NCBI GenBank assembly: GCA_965219445.1
Contig: CBDCNQ010000002.1
Coordinates: 320,001 to 384,000 of the forward strand
Direction: 5' to 3'
Origin: Longimicrobiales bacterium
Lineage (GTDB): Bacteria; Gemmatimonadota; Gemmatimonadetes; Longimicrobiales; Gaopeijiaceae
Length of the DNA: 64,000 bases
Positions 20,545 through 31,721 of this stretch are shown here, piece after piece. The translations under genes and the position numbers were made by a program. Below the pieces are notes generated by a model. It did not search any database, was not told the DNA's origin, and was given only the letters and a program-made list of their open reading frames with translations. Position 1 is the first letter of the stretch. Every line of letters starts with the position of its first letter.

Positions 20545-20730
20545 ATGAAGATCATCCAGAATATCGCAGGCGTCTTGCTCGTCCTGATGGGCGGGATCTG
20601 GTTCCTCCAAGGCATTGGGGTCTTGCCCGGTAGCTTTATGAGCGGTCAGGTGAAGTGGGTGGTCTACGGTGGAGTCGCTGCGGTAAGCGGCCTAGTCTTG
20701 CTCATCATCGCAAATCGCCGACGGCGTTAA
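20545..20730 (+). CDS. Small two-TM membrane protein
   Basis: GGIWFLQGIGVLPGSFMSGQ..W, two hydrophobic helices, basic tail. Confidence 0.75.
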   Translation: MKIIQNIAGVLLVLMGGIWFLQGIGVLPGSFMSGQVKWVVYGGVAAVSGLVLLIIANRRRR

Positions 20731-21537
20731 GCTTCGTAACTCCCGCACCACCCTGATCGTCACCGGCTCGTCCAGCTCCCCGCCGGCCGAGCTTCGACTC
20801 ACTTAGAAGCACCCTCCAGGGCGGCATCCGGTCGCGCTCAGCCGGGCGCCGCAGTGCATGAGCGGGTCCTCATAGGCCGCGTCTCGACCCGTAACCGCCA
20901 TGGAGACGCTGACGAAGCACTTTGAATCGCGAGTGGCCAGGGACGTCGAGGGCAACTGGTAAACTGGGACTGAGGGCAAGGCGTCCTCAGAGATATGTGG
21001 GTCGAAACCGAAGAGGACTACCGGGGCAAGATCCAATGGGACGCGGGGTGGGAAACCTCGGCGCACCCCCGCTCCGGCAAGACATTTCCGAGAAATAGTT
21101 TGAAGGACCACGGCCTCGGTCTGAATCGCTCTGTTGGCATAGGCAAATTATGTCACAGCCATAACATATTTGGGCTATTTACGTGACCCTTGGGACGGGT
21201 TAAGCATGCCTCCATTCGGAGGTTGCCGGACTGTTATGCGCAATACCGTTAGGCAGCACCAGACTCGATCCAGTCTGACGTGACACCCGGAGGTAATTTT
21301 CTGGGGATGCGAACGCTGTCGGCTCGCGCGACAGGAGCGGCCTCGAGGACGGGACTCGGGCGGCTGAGCCACGATCCTTCACGCCGTACCGTTGCCGGCA
21401 TTGCCCGACGCCGAGCTTCTCGGCGGTCCCGAAGTCGCCTGCTCTGGCCGGTGCGTAGACGACAGCCCTCCGCTGTGGAATCAGTGATCGACATCGTGGA
21501 ATAGGTGATCGGGAATACGGAGGGGGGGGACCTTCCG

Positions 21538-24180
21538 TTAGTCGATCAAGACCGCTTCTTCGACCAACCGGCGCTGCTCGCGTTTGTGACTTCCCGGCGA
21601 TCCTGTCGCCGGACTGGCCGACTCTGGGCGGCAGACGACGCGTGAGAACGATCCGGGAAACCGCATTTGGAGGTGCGTCCAAGCGCCCATGTTCCTCGGC
21701 TCCTCCTGCGCCCACCAGACTTCCGCGTCGCCGAACGGCGCCAAGGCATCATTGATCGTTTCGAGGCTGAGGGGATAGAGTTGCTCGAAGCGGATGATGG
21801 CCAAGTCCTGTCGCTCGGCCTCGTCCCGAGCTGCCCTTAGGTCGTAGTAGAGCTTGCCGCTACAGGCCAACACGCGCCTAACCCCGCTCGGCTCGACCTG
21901 CGGATCGCCCAGAATCCTTTGAAAGCGCCCTTCCGACAGCTCGTCTAGGCCGGACAAAACCTGACGATGACGCAACAGACTCTTTGGTGACATCACAATC
22001 AGCGGCTTGCGCCACGGACGAACCATCTGGCGGCGTAAGAGGTGGAAGTATTGCGCCGGTGTGGTTGGATTGACGATTTGGATGTTGTCCTCGGCCGCCA
22101 GTTGCAGGAACCGTTCAAGCTTAGCGCTCGAATGCTCCGGGCCCTGGCCCTCGAATCCATGGGGTAGCAGCATTACCAATCCGCTCCACAAGGTCCACTT
22201 GTCCTCACCGCTGGAAATGAATTGGTCGATGATCACCTGGGCGGCATTGACGAAGTCCCCGAACTGCGCCTCCCAAATGATCAGGCCGTCCGGGAATTCT
22301 AGGCTGTATCCGTATTCGAAGCCCAGCGGGCCGGCTTCCGAGAGCGGGCTATTGTGAATCTCGAACGTACCCTGGCGTGGGGAGAGGTGCTGGAGCGAAA
22401 CGTACGGGAATCCCGTTTCGGCATCGCGCACTACAGCGTGCCTGTGGGCGAACGTGCCGCGCTCGCAGTCCTGGCCCGTCACACGCACGCGAAACCCTTC
22501 GAGCAGCAGGCTTCCAAGCGCCAGCGCCTCAGCACCCGCCCAGTTGACCGGTCGCTTGCCGTCGGCCATTTCGGTGCGCTGCCCGAGCAAGCGGACGATA
22601 CGTCGATTGGGAACGATCTCCTCCGGCGTCTTGCCTAACTTCTGCAAGATTGCCCTGAGGCGATCCGCGGGCACGCCGGTATCGACTTCGGGAACTTGTG
22701 TGTCCGCGCCGAGGTTATAGCCTGACCAATCGCCCGTCACCTGATCGCCGACGTAGATGTAGTCCTTGCTTCTCGCCGAAGCCAATTCCTTCTCAAGGTG
22801 TTCGCGCCGCTCGATCGTGATCCGCTCAGCTTGCTCCTCGGCAATTCCGCCTTGGCGCAGGAGGTGGTGCAGGTAGGCTTCTCGAACCGGTTTGCGCCGC
22901 TCGATGGCCTGATACAGCAGCGGCTGCGTGAAGCGGGGATCGTCAAGCTCGTTATGGCCGCGCCTCCGGTAGCCGTACATATCGATCACGACGTCGCGCT
23001 GATACTCGTTTCGAAAGTCGACCGCAAGTCGGACAACCTGGGCCGTTGCTTCAGGGTCTTCTCCGTTCACGTGCAGGATGGGCACCTGCAGCATCTTCGC
23101 TATGCCACTGGCGTAGATTGCTGAGCGCGCTTGCCACTGGGTCGTCGTGAATCCGATTTGGTTGTTGATGATTATGTGAACCGTGCCGCCGACAGAGTAG
23201 CCCGACAACTGGCTCATGTTGAGTGTTTCCTGCACGACGCCTTCTCCTGCGAAGGCGGCGTCGCCGTGGAGCAGAATGCACAGGCCATGCCTTCGCTCAG
23301 TGTCACCTTTCCGGTCCTGCCGGGCTCGCAGGCGGCCGACGGCGACGGGATTGACGAATTCGAGGTGGCTCGGATTAAAACACAGGGAAAGCCGGAGGCC
23401 CCCGCCTTGGGAGCTCGTCCATCTCGTCTGGTAGCCGAGATGGTATTTCACGTCCCCCCGCCCTTCGTAATGCACGTGATCCGCATCGGCGAATTCACGG
23501 AAAATTTCCTGGGCGTTCTTACCGATGACGTTGGTGAGGACGCTGAGGCGGCCGCGGTGCGCCATGCCCATAACGATATCGTTGACTCCCTGCCGGCAAG
23601 CTCGTTCGAACAGCAAGTCGAGTAGCGGGATCAAGGTCTCGCAGCCTTCCAGCGAAAAGCTTTTTGAGCCGAGGAATCTCTTTTGGATGAATTCCTCAAA
23701 GATGGTGGCGTCGGTCAGCTTGGTCAGGATTCGCAACTTGCGTGCTAATGAGAGGTTGACACGATTGCCGACGGGTTCCATCCGCTGCTGGAGCCACTCG
23801 CGTACTTCCACGTCGTCGATGTGCATGAATTGCACGCCGATCGAACGCGTGTAGGTCTCACGGAGCCGTTCGATGACTTCGCGAGGGGTGTCCAGCCCGC
23901 AGCCCGAGAGCGTCTTCGGCGAGATCTTCCTGTCCATGTCTTGCGAACGGAGGCCGTAGTAGTCCGGATCCAATTCGGGGCTCATGCCGGGGGCGATCTC
24001 CAACGGATCAATGCGGGCGTCCCTATGGCCCTGGACCCGGTAGGCCCTGACGAAGTTGTCGAGGCGGTGCTGGAGGTCCACGTCGACGGCGAACTCTTCT
24101 CTTGGATGCTGCTGGTCAGTTGCTTCGTTCACGGGCCCTTCGATAGATACGCCACCCAGTCCGGCACTCCGACCTGACAA
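21538..24180 (-). CDS. sucA: 2-oxoglutarate dehydrogenase E1 component
   Basis: GMAHRGRL, GDVKYHLG, HGDAAFAGEG, WEAQFGDF, GQGPEHSSA motifs; start uncertain, N-terminus short. Confidence 0.93.
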   Translation of the reverse strand: MSGRSAGLGGVSIEGPVNEATDQQHPREEFAVDVDLQHRLDNFVRAYRVQGHRDARIDPLEIAPGMSPELDPDYYGLRSQDMDRKISPKTLSGCGLDTPREVIERLRETYTRSIGVQFMHIDDVEVREWLQQRMEPVGNRVNLSLARKLRILTKLTDATIFEEFIQKRFLGSKSFSLEGCETLIPLLDLLFERACRQGVNDIVMGMAHRGRLSVLTNVIGKNAQEIFREFADADHVHYEGRGDVKYHLGYQTRWTSSQGGGLRLSLCFNPSHLEFVNPVAVGRLRARQDRKGDTERRHGLCILLHGDAAFAGEGVVQETLNMSQLSGYSVGGTVHIIINNQIGFTTTQWQARSAIYASGIAKMLQVPILHVNGEDPEATAQVVRLAVDFRNEYQRDVVIDMYGYRRRGHNELDDPRFTQPLLYQAIERRKPVREAYLHHLLRQGGIAEEQAERITIERREHLEKELASARSKDYIYVGDQVTGDWSGYNLGADTQVPEVDTGVPADRLRAILQKLGKTPEEIVPNRRIVRLLGQRTEMADGKRPVNWAGAEALALGSLLLEGFRVRVTGQDCERGTFAHRHAVVRDAETGFPYVSLQHLSPRQGTFEIHNSPLSEAGPLGFEYGYSLEFPDGLIIWEAQFGDFVNAAQVIIDQFISSGEDKWTLWSGLVMLLPHGFEGQGPEHSSAKLERFLQLAAEDNIQIVNPTTPAQYFHLLRRQMVRPWRKPLIVMSPKSLLRHRQVLSGLDELSEGRFQRILGDPQVEPSGVRRVLACSGKLYYDLRAARDEAERQDLAIIRFEQLYPLSLETINDALAPFGDAEVWWAQEEPRNMGAWTHLQMRFPGSFSRVVCRPESASPATGSPGSHKREQRRLVEEAVLID

Positions 24181-24412
24181 AGAACTCGCTGCAAGGCATC
24201 CGGGTCGGTCAAGTAGGTCGGCGAACGGCTCCTCGACGACTGCATGGTTGCAAGTTGGCCACCCTCACCAGCGAGGATAGCCTGTGCGTTGCGATGAATC
24301 CAGTTGCAAAAACTCAGACTCCACCTGCAGCCGGCCATGGGTGGTGTGGTAGGTGAGCGATCGGCTCAAGCGGCCCCAAGCTCGTGGCTAAGCCAAAGTG
24401 GGCTCGTCGGGT

Positions 24413-24433
24413 TGACCTGACCCCCTGAAACGA
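24413..24433 (+). repeat. Isolated 21-bp IS3 end identical to the IR at 30617-30637
   Basis: TGACCTGACCCCCTGAAACGA. Confidence 0.85.
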
Positions 24434-24760
24434 GAGGATGCCCTCCAGCGCGTCGACATCGAGCCGAGCGGCGAACGCGGCGTACTCGAGCGCCTGCGCG
24501 ACCACGTCCCGCGGCGTGCGGTCCCGTTTCAACTCGATCACGACTGCATTCCCCTCGCGATCTACCCCAAGCAGGTCGATGCATGCCCCGAGGTCGGTTG
24601 GGACCTGGCGCCCGATGATCAGAATCTGTCCATCTTCAAGAATCCCGTCGGGGTTGGACTCCAGCCACTCCTCAAGGACGGATTCCTCATGATCCACCTT
24701 GAACGGCAACTGCTCGTACTCGGTGAATTCGCCGTCAGATCCAATGTTAAAGACTCTCAT
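24434..24760 (-). pseudogene. NucS/DUF91-like PD-(D/E)XK endonuclease, 3'-truncated
   Basis: IGRQV, IDLLGVD.EGNAVVIELKR, VVAQALEYA; cut at the IS end. Confidence 0.82.
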
Positions 24761-25543
24761 GTTGGGGCTGCCTCCTTCGTCGCCCGGACGATCAAGTTAG
24801 CCAATGAGCCGTAGGGGCGAACCCCAAACCTCCTTCTCACCAAGATCGGGCAGCCCTGGAATTTCGCCGTAGGACCTGCCGTGCTCGCCTTTGGAAAAAC
24901 CGTCTTCTAGCCTCATCCGCCCGCCTCGTATTGCTAGGTGTTCGTGCTTCGCCGCCGACCACGGACGTAAGCGGCGTTTAGGATCTCGGGAGGGTCGCCT
25001 CGGCAGCCGTAATCGGCCACCCTGCGACGTTCTATAGCAGTGCCGAGATGAGCGATCCCGAACTCGCCCGTGCCCTCGGCGGGGACGCCGACAGTGACTG
25101 GGGCTGAGCCTACAGAGGGGGCCGACTTGGAGATAGAATTGCGGACAGCCAGCTTAGATGGAACAGTGGGTGGAGGTGCCGGGCCAGCGCGAGGGGGAGA
25201 ATCGAACGGCGCACCGATCCGTTGATTCGCTGGCCTCTCTATCGGTCCTCAACAGCCTTCCCGCTAGGGATCATTGGAACGGGAGCGACCCCTGGAGGGC
25301 GGGGGCTGGGTGTGAAAACACACCTAGCTCCAAGCCCGTACCAGGCCCTCGGCCTGGGGGGTCGCTCCCTTCCCGGTCGGTGCTGCCCCGTTCGGGGCAG
25401 CCGGCCGGGCCGCGCCGTGCGCAACTGCAAGCAGGCACAAGGGATAGCAAGCCATGACCGTGTGAATCGCGACCGGGGCCATGTGTGCATCGACCCCTGA
25501 CGTGTCTTGCACATCGTAGTCCTGGCGTGGCGCGTCGGCTTCC

Positions 25544-26720
25544 TCATCGGAACCGCGCCCGCGCGAGCCGGGCCGACTGCCATGTGGCGGTGCGGTGGAT
25601 CAGCCCCCGGCCTGCCTGCCTGCGATCCCGCTCCTTCAGCGCGATCATTCGCCTGAGTCCGCCCTGGATATCGCCGCAAACCTCCTTGAGCAACCGGACA
25701 TCCCCCTGACGAATGGCGTGCTCGATCCGGGCGATCTCGAGGCTGACCTCCATGTCGAATTCGGATGGGCGTGGGTCTCGAGCCCAGTTATCGAGCGTCG
25801 TCCCGGCCCGGTTCAACTCCTCCCAGGTCCGGGCGACAGCGACGACTTCGATCCTGCGCCCGCGTTCCCTGATCGCCTTCCAGAGCTCGCGGTGCGCCGC
25901 ACCCCAGGAGCGGAGTGCCGTCGCGGTCTCGTAGCCCGGATCGACGTACACGAACACGGCACGCTCGGCGTCCAGCGCGACCGGCAGTTTGAGCGGGAAG
26001 TGGCGCCGGGTGTTCCCGGCCGCTCCCCGATAGACTCGCCGGGGCAGGAGTCGGCGTTCGATGCCGAGCGCCTCGAACGCCCGAACCTTCTCCGGCTCGG
26101 TCGGTAGCCACGGCAAGTCGGGATGCTCGAGCACATAGTCGAGCGAGAGGAGGCGCCGCATCAGCACTTCCGTAGAGGCGATCCGGCGGTGGCGGATGTC
26201 CTCGGCGCCGAGCGCCCGGTAGATCCCGCGCCCGAAGATCCGGCACACGCGGCCGATGCCGCTGATGCCGCTCACGTTCTCTTCGACAGCCACGCCCTGC
26301 GCGATGAGGGCATGGACGGCGCGCCGCACCTTCTCGGTGTGACAACCCAGGAACCTCGTCCACTGCGCCCGGGTGAAGACGCCACTGTGGAGGCAGGCCA
26401 GGGCCGGGTTCTCGCCCGTGCTCTGCACCGCCGCGATGTTGGCCCACATGTGGGCGAGCAGAAGGTCCCTCGGCACGCCCGAGCCGGTGAAGTATGCTGT
26501 CGCCAGGAACGCTTGCGCCCCAACATCGCCCTTCCTGGCGCACTCATGATTCCCGGCAATATCATCCGGACCGGCGCGGCAAAAATCCTGCCCCGAGACC
26601 TCGGAAGCGGGGGCCAGGATCAGGGCGGCGAGAACCGCTAACGGCGACACCCTGTGGAGGCTCACGGCTTCGCCGCTCGCTTCTGACACCCGGAGCCCTT
26701 GGGAGAAACTTTTCAACATC
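25544..26720 (-). CDS. Chimeric ORF: Sel1-protein N-terminus fused to a putative plasmid/IME replication-type protein
   Basis: Hydrophobic leader + AQAFLATAYFTGSGVPRDLLLAHMWAN, then ACLHSGVFTRAQW...RHFPLKLPV, which recurs as a fragment at ~35150-35330; lies next to oriT/mobC. Confidence 0.6.
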
Positions 26721-26849
26721 CTACACACCTTCCACGGCGAGCCCTCTAACGGGGGTATTATCTGTGTTGGCTTCGTTTCACACTTTGAGAATGCCATAGC
26801 AGCTTCGACGGCGTCCGCACCCGGAGTCTGGTACGCCGTTACGTAGTGA

Positions 26850-26930
26850 GAGCCAGGCTACCCTTTGGGGCCACGCTTCGCGGGTCCCCGGCAGGGGCTG
26901 GCGAGGGGCTGTGCCCCCTCTGACCCCCCC
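26850..26930 (-). other. Putative oriT copy 2
   Basis: Inverted copy of 19739-19796, directly upstream of mobC. Confidence 0.65.
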
Positions 26931-26947
26931 AACGGCAACGGCATATC

Positions 26948-27210
26948 GTGGGCGCTGGACGCGACGTGTGGGTGAAGATCCGCGCCAGCGAGGCGGAGCG
27001 TGCCGAGTGGCACGCCAAGGCCCGCTCCGCAGGGTTAACGCTGTCGGATCTGGTGCGCCGGTCGGTTGGCCGGGTGCGCACCTGGACCGTGGCGCACGCC
27101 GAGGTCGAGCGCGAGCGCACCCGGCAGGTCGCGCGCATCGGCAACAACCTCAACCAGATCGCCCGCTGGGCCAACACCTATGCCTCAGCAGCCGAAGCCG
27201 TCGCCCACCT
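26948..27210 (+). pseudogene. mobC: MobC relaxosome accessory protein, 3'-truncated
   Basis: KIRASEAERAEW.AKA..AGLTLSDLVR RHH and RIGNNLNQIARWAN. Confidence 0.85.
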
Positions 27211-27539
27211 GGTCCCCGTCGGGCGCCCCGCCCCTCGAAACACCACGGGATCCCGTGCACACTGTGTCATCATGGGAATCGCTCCACGAATCAGGGTAAG
27301 TCACTGCCAATACTACCCTTGACCCATGTAGACGTCCCATCACACGCAGCCCTGGTGAGCGATCCGGGCTAGCCTCCTCGCCAATCTACTTTCCAGGGAA
27401 ATCGGGTGCGGTAAAGGGGTGACGATGGAGGAGCCTGGCGTGAGCATGATCGTCGGGGTTCGCCTCGCCGAGGCTTTCGAGGCCGCGGGGGGTCTGAAAA
27501 GGGGTCGCCAGCGAGACGCGTCCGGTTCTCGGACGCGCG

Positions 27540-29582
27540 TCAGCGTGCCGGAAAGCCGGATCGGCGAGCGGCGAATGCCTCCAGGGCCCGTACATGCGCG
27601 AGGGCGATCCGTCTCTGGACAGCCGGATCTCGGAGGGCGGCTTCCTGCTCCGGGATCATCATGAAGAGCGCCTCAGAGAGGATGGAGGGCATCCAGCTCG
27701 GACGCACGACGGCAAGGTCCGCCCTTTCGATCCCGAGGTCTCTCGTTCCAAGCTCCTCCAGCAATTCCTGCTGGAGGAGTCGAGCGAGTTCCGCCGATGG
27801 AGGGTGGAAGTAGTAAACGCTTGTCCCGTGGTTCGCTCGGGGATCAACGCCGTCGGGGAACGCGTTGTTGTGAACGGACACGAGTAGGTCCCCGCCTGCA
27901 TCGACCGCGATCCGGGGTCGATCGGCGAGCTCGACCGTCTCGTCTCCGGTCCTCGTCAGGATCACGTCGGCGCCCCTCTCCTCCAGGAAGTCCCTCAGGG
28001 CGAGGGAGACCGCGAGATTCGCGTCCGCCTCGGCGAGCCCGGTCGGCCCTCGCGTGGCGCGGTAGGCGCCCCCGTGTCCCGGATCCACGACCACGCGGAG
28101 GCCTCGCAGCGGCGCAGACGGATCGATCCCGGGAGGTCGGCGGATCCGGAGCACCACGGCTCCCGACGCATCGAAGAACGCCTCGTAGCCCCACACGGGC
28201 GCGTTCAGCCGCACGCTCACGCGGTAGACCTGGTCAGACGGCTGGCTCCACTCCGCCCGTTCGACGAGAGGGTCCATCTGCCCGTACTGGAAGAAGTTCG
28301 TGCGGCTGACAGCCCCGAAGACCTCCAGGTGGAGAACGCGCTCTTCGGCCACGACCTGAAAGGGGAGGCGCTCGGGCAGGGGGATTCGGACGTCGATGTG
28401 CCCGGGCTCCGGATAGAGGCGGACGTCCCCGACGAAGGCGCTGGGAGGAGGGGTCCCCTCCGCGAGCAGGTGGACCTCGCACGCAGGCACCCACGCGGAG
28501 CGGTTTGGCGCCAGGCCGACCCGCAGCATTCCGTCGCGTTCACCGGTGATCTTGAGAACCGTCCCCTCGGGCCAGAAAAAGTGGTAGGGTCCGGCGACAT
28601 CGTTCCGACCCCGAACCCGCCACTCCGAGGGCGCGTCCGGAGGCGGAAAGGCGGCGGCCACCCGAGGGCGCTCGGGCGAGAGGATGGCCAGGTTTAGGCG
28701 GAGAGGGGTCCTGACCGTGTCCGCTCCCAGGATCAGCTCGAAGCGGGCTCCCTCGGCCTCGGGAGGGAGCCCGCCCACGGTGGGCCGCGGAACCTCCGCG
28801 TCTGCCGCCACCACGGCCCGCGCGGGGAGCACCCCCTCGTAGCGGACCGTCGCCCTCTGCGGAGCGGGCCGGGCCTCCGGGCGCTGGGCGACCAGCGCCC
28901 CGCCGGTGTCCGCGGCTACATCGAGCGCTCCCGCCTCGACCAGGCGGATGCGGTCGCCCCCCGAAAAGACCAGCCAAGCATCACCCCCCGGGGTGCCCCG
29001 GAAGCCGACCTCGATCGGCTCCCCGGGCCCCGCCGCGGAGGATCCGGAAGGGTAGCCGGACCCCGCCATGATCGCGAGACCCTCCAGAGGCGGGGACGGG
29101 GAAGGGGGGAGGCGGACCGTGCGCTCGAGCGTCGCGGTCACGCCGTCCCGTTCGGCGACGAGCCGGTAAACTCCGTCCGGGGGAACCGGCAGGAAGGCAA
29201 GGAATCCCCCGTTGGAAGCGACCTCCACAGGTGCCCCGTTGACGGTCAGCCGGGCCCTTCCGGAACCCGTCGAGCCGAAGAGGAAGTTTCGGTCGCGCAC
29301 GGCGAGGGCGGCGCCCTCCGCCGGGTAGCCGACCTCGAGGCTCACATCGCCGTCCGCGAAGGGGATCGGCGGAAGCGAGGGGACGCGCTCCGCCCCCGCC
29401 GTGCCCGGCACCGGGAACGGGGGCATTCTCCCGGCTCCTCCTCCCATGGCCTCCGGCATCGCTGCCGTACAGGCCGGGAGGGCGACGGCCCCGAGGCAGG
29501 CGCACGCAAGGGCGAGGCGGGAGAACCGCCGGGGAGCGGGGCCCTTCGGGCCGGTTCGAGCCATTCGCCTCGCGTCATGCAT
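27540..29582 (-). CDS. N-acetylmuramoyl-L-alanine amidase (Amidase_3), lipoprotein
   Basis: VVVDPGHGG, EADANL, VSVHNNA, SILSE motifs; lipobox LPAC. Confidence 0.9.
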   Translation of the reverse strand: MHDARRMARTGPKGPAPRRFSRLALACACLGAVALPACTAAMPEAMGGGAGRMPPFPVPGTAGAERVPSLPPIPFADGDVSLEVGYPAEGAALAVRDRNFLFGSTGSGRARLTVNGAPVEVASNGGFLAFLPVPPDGVYRLVAERDGVTATLERTVRLPPSPSPPLEGLAIMAGSGYPSGSSAAGPGEPIEVGFRGTPGGDAWLVFSGGDRIRLVEAGALDVAADTGGALVAQRPEARPAPQRATVRYEGVLPARAVVAADAEVPRPTVGGLPPEAEGARFELILGADTVRTPLRLNLAILSPERPRVAAAFPPPDAPSEWRVRGRNDVAGPYHFFWPEGTVLKITGERDGMLRVGLAPNRSAWVPACEVHLLAEGTPPPSAFVGDVRLYPEPGHIDVRIPLPERLPFQVVAEERVLHLEVFGAVSRTNFFQYGQMDPLVERAEWSQPSDQVYRVSVRLNAPVWGYEAFFDASGAVVLRIRRPPGIDPSAPLRGLRVVVDPGHGGAYRATRGPTGLAEADANLAVSLALRDFLEERGADVILTRTGDETVELADRPRIAVDAGGDLLVSVHNNAFPDGVDPRANHGTSVYYFHPPSAELARLLQQELLEELGTRDLGIERADLAVVRPSWMPSILSEALFMMIPEQEAALRDPAVQRRIALAHVRALEAFAARRSGFPAR

Positions 29583-29609
29583 GCCTGGAGTCCCTCCGTT
29601 TCCGCCCGC

Positions 29610-30637
29610 TGACCTGCCCCCAAGAGCGGTACCACATCCTATGTTAGTCCCAGCACCTGTGGAGGGCCGTGAAGGACGGGCATCCTCAGGAACCAGGGCG
29701 ACGGCTTAATCGCCTCAGGGGCCGGGGGAAAGCCGCCGCAGGCGCTGTAGGGTCGGACGGTATTGTACTCGCGCCTCCATTGCTCGACCAGCACGGCCGC
29801 CTCCGCCAACGAGTAGAAGATCTCCCCGTTCAACAGCTCGTCCCTGAGCTTGCCGTTGAAGCTCTCGTTGTAGCCGTTCTCCCACGGGCTGCCCGGCTCG
29901 ATAAAGAGCGTCTCGACGCCCACGCGCCCCAACCACCGCCGCACGAGCTTCGCGGTGAACTCCGGTCCGTTGTCCGACCTCAGATACTCGGGAGGCCCGT
30001 GTCGGACGAACAGATCGGCCAGCACCTCGAGCGAGCGGATCTTGCGAGCCACCACGATCGCCAGGCACTCCCTCGTGTGCTCGTCCAGCACTGTCAGCAG
30101 CTTCAGCGCACGCCCGTCGTGCGTCCTCGAGGCCACGAAATCGGACGAACAGACGTGGCCCCGATACAGCGGCCTCAGCCGGATGCACGATCCGTCGTTG
30201 AGCCACAGCCGACCTCGCTTCGGCTGCCGCTGCGGCACCTTCAGCCCCTCCTGCCTCCAGATCCGCTCCACCCGCTTGTGGTTCACCCCCCAGCCCTCGA
30301 TGCGGAGCATGTCCGTGACGCGTCGGTAGCCGTAGCGGCCGAATCGACTCGCGAGTCGCACGATATCACCCCGGAGCGCCCCCTCGTCACTCGCCACTTT
30401 CCTCGCCCGGCGCTGCGTCGTGCGTGGCTGCCCGAGCACCCGGCACGCTCTCCTCTCCGACGCCCCGAGCTGCTTCACGGATTTGCCGCGGGCCAGACCG
30501 ACCTCTGCCTCCCGCAGTGCAGTGATGATCTGCTCCGGAGTGGGTCGCTTCCTTCCCATCCTGACCTCCTCGCTGAAAAACTTCAGACCAGGTCGATCCT
30601 AACATTGCACCTGGTTTCGTTTCAGGGGGTCAGGTCA
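29610..30637 (-). mobile_element. IS3-family (IS407-like) element with an internal deletion
   Basis: IRs TGACCTGCCCCC / TGACCTGACCCCC; ORF 29639-30559 has orfA start fused to orfB (SDNGPEF, PGSPWENGYNESFN). Confidence 0.88.
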
Positions 30638-31132
30638 ATGCTGCTGGTCAGCTGGACCGGCCTGTTGGACAAAATGTCCGCACGGACGAGAGACGAGCCG
30701 GACGCCGAAGCAGATATCCGGCAGTTGAGAGGACTCGCCGATTTTGCCGAGGAAGGACGATTTCGGCCCATGCGTGACGGCGGTGAGGACTTTGGTCCGG
30801 ACTCCCGCCACATGCGGGACATGAAGCGGCTCATCGACGCCGCAACCGAACAAGGAATTGCGGAAGGATGGGCGTCTCGAAGGGGCCTGAACCGGACTCC
30901 GCGTGCGTACGGCTACGGTCGGTACTTGAGGCTCGCTGATCGTGTCGTGTGGTTTGGCGTCCATACTGAGCGGTGGGAACGCGATGGCGAGACCCCGTTG
31001 TGGCTCGATTACGGGAATGACGGCTGGGTGCCGATTCCGATCGCCAAAGATGTCGTTGAGTACCCCGACATCCTGGACGGTGTTGTGGCCACACTGCGAG
31101 ACTTCGCGGAAGCCTCCGAGAATCGGCGTTAA
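30638..31132 (+). pseudogene. C-terminal part of a hypothetical (possibly nuclease-associated) protein, truncated by IS3
   Basis: Begins exactly at the IS end; LLVSWTGLL...DIRQLRGL...YGYGRYL. Confidence 0.45.
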
Positions 31133-31519
31133 TGTGTCGACAACCAGCCCGTCAAGTGAGGCCCCACCCGCGCAGCACCGCTGGATCGGAGCTCACTGAA
31201 CCGCTCCGGCTTCCGAAGTGGACGGGCACGAGGATCAATGGCTTCGAGACGTCGGCTCGAGCCGGCTGCCCGAGATGCGTCTATACCAAGCTCGCGGTAA
31301 CTTAGCCAAGTAGGCGTAGTCCGCGTCTTCACGAGTGCACACTGTTCCTCGCCACGCACATCGGTTGCCTCAGATCGGGGTCTCTCAGAGAGATGCACGG
31401 AGGATTCGGAGCGGTGATGGCGGGGACGACGGTGGGCGGGAAGAGCCAACTACTACAAGCCACAGGCCGACATGGAGGACACCGTCTGGTATACGCGCTT
31501 GGCCTACGGAGCGGCCTTC

Positions 31520-31600
31520 AAGGCCAAAGTATGGGCGGCCCGTCGTCGTGCTGGCGGTGGAGGAATACGAGCGGCTTAAGGCGCTGGAGAGGGCCAGTCC
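31520..31600 (+). pseudogene. Phd/YefM antitoxin fragment
   Basis: KYGRPVVVLAVEEYERLK. Confidence 0.55.
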
Positions 31601-31721
31601 CAGAAAAAAGACAAGAACCGAAGAAAGACCGACAACGAATGATTGCAGACCATCCGATGAGGTCCAACGATAACTGCTCGACGCCGGCCGAGACGTGGTT
31701 CCGGCCGTCGCTAGAGGTAGC

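Noticed and set aside
25230..25500. Hairpin-rich region downstream of the rep-like gene as a replication origin
   Set aside because: Plausible from context, but no motif I can match confidently.
29669..31132. 487-aa ORF
   Set aside because: Antisense of the IS3 transposase running into a truncated gene at 30638.
31196..31225. TGAACCGCTCCGG as another IS3 end
   Set aside because: Too short, with no partner end or transposase nearby.
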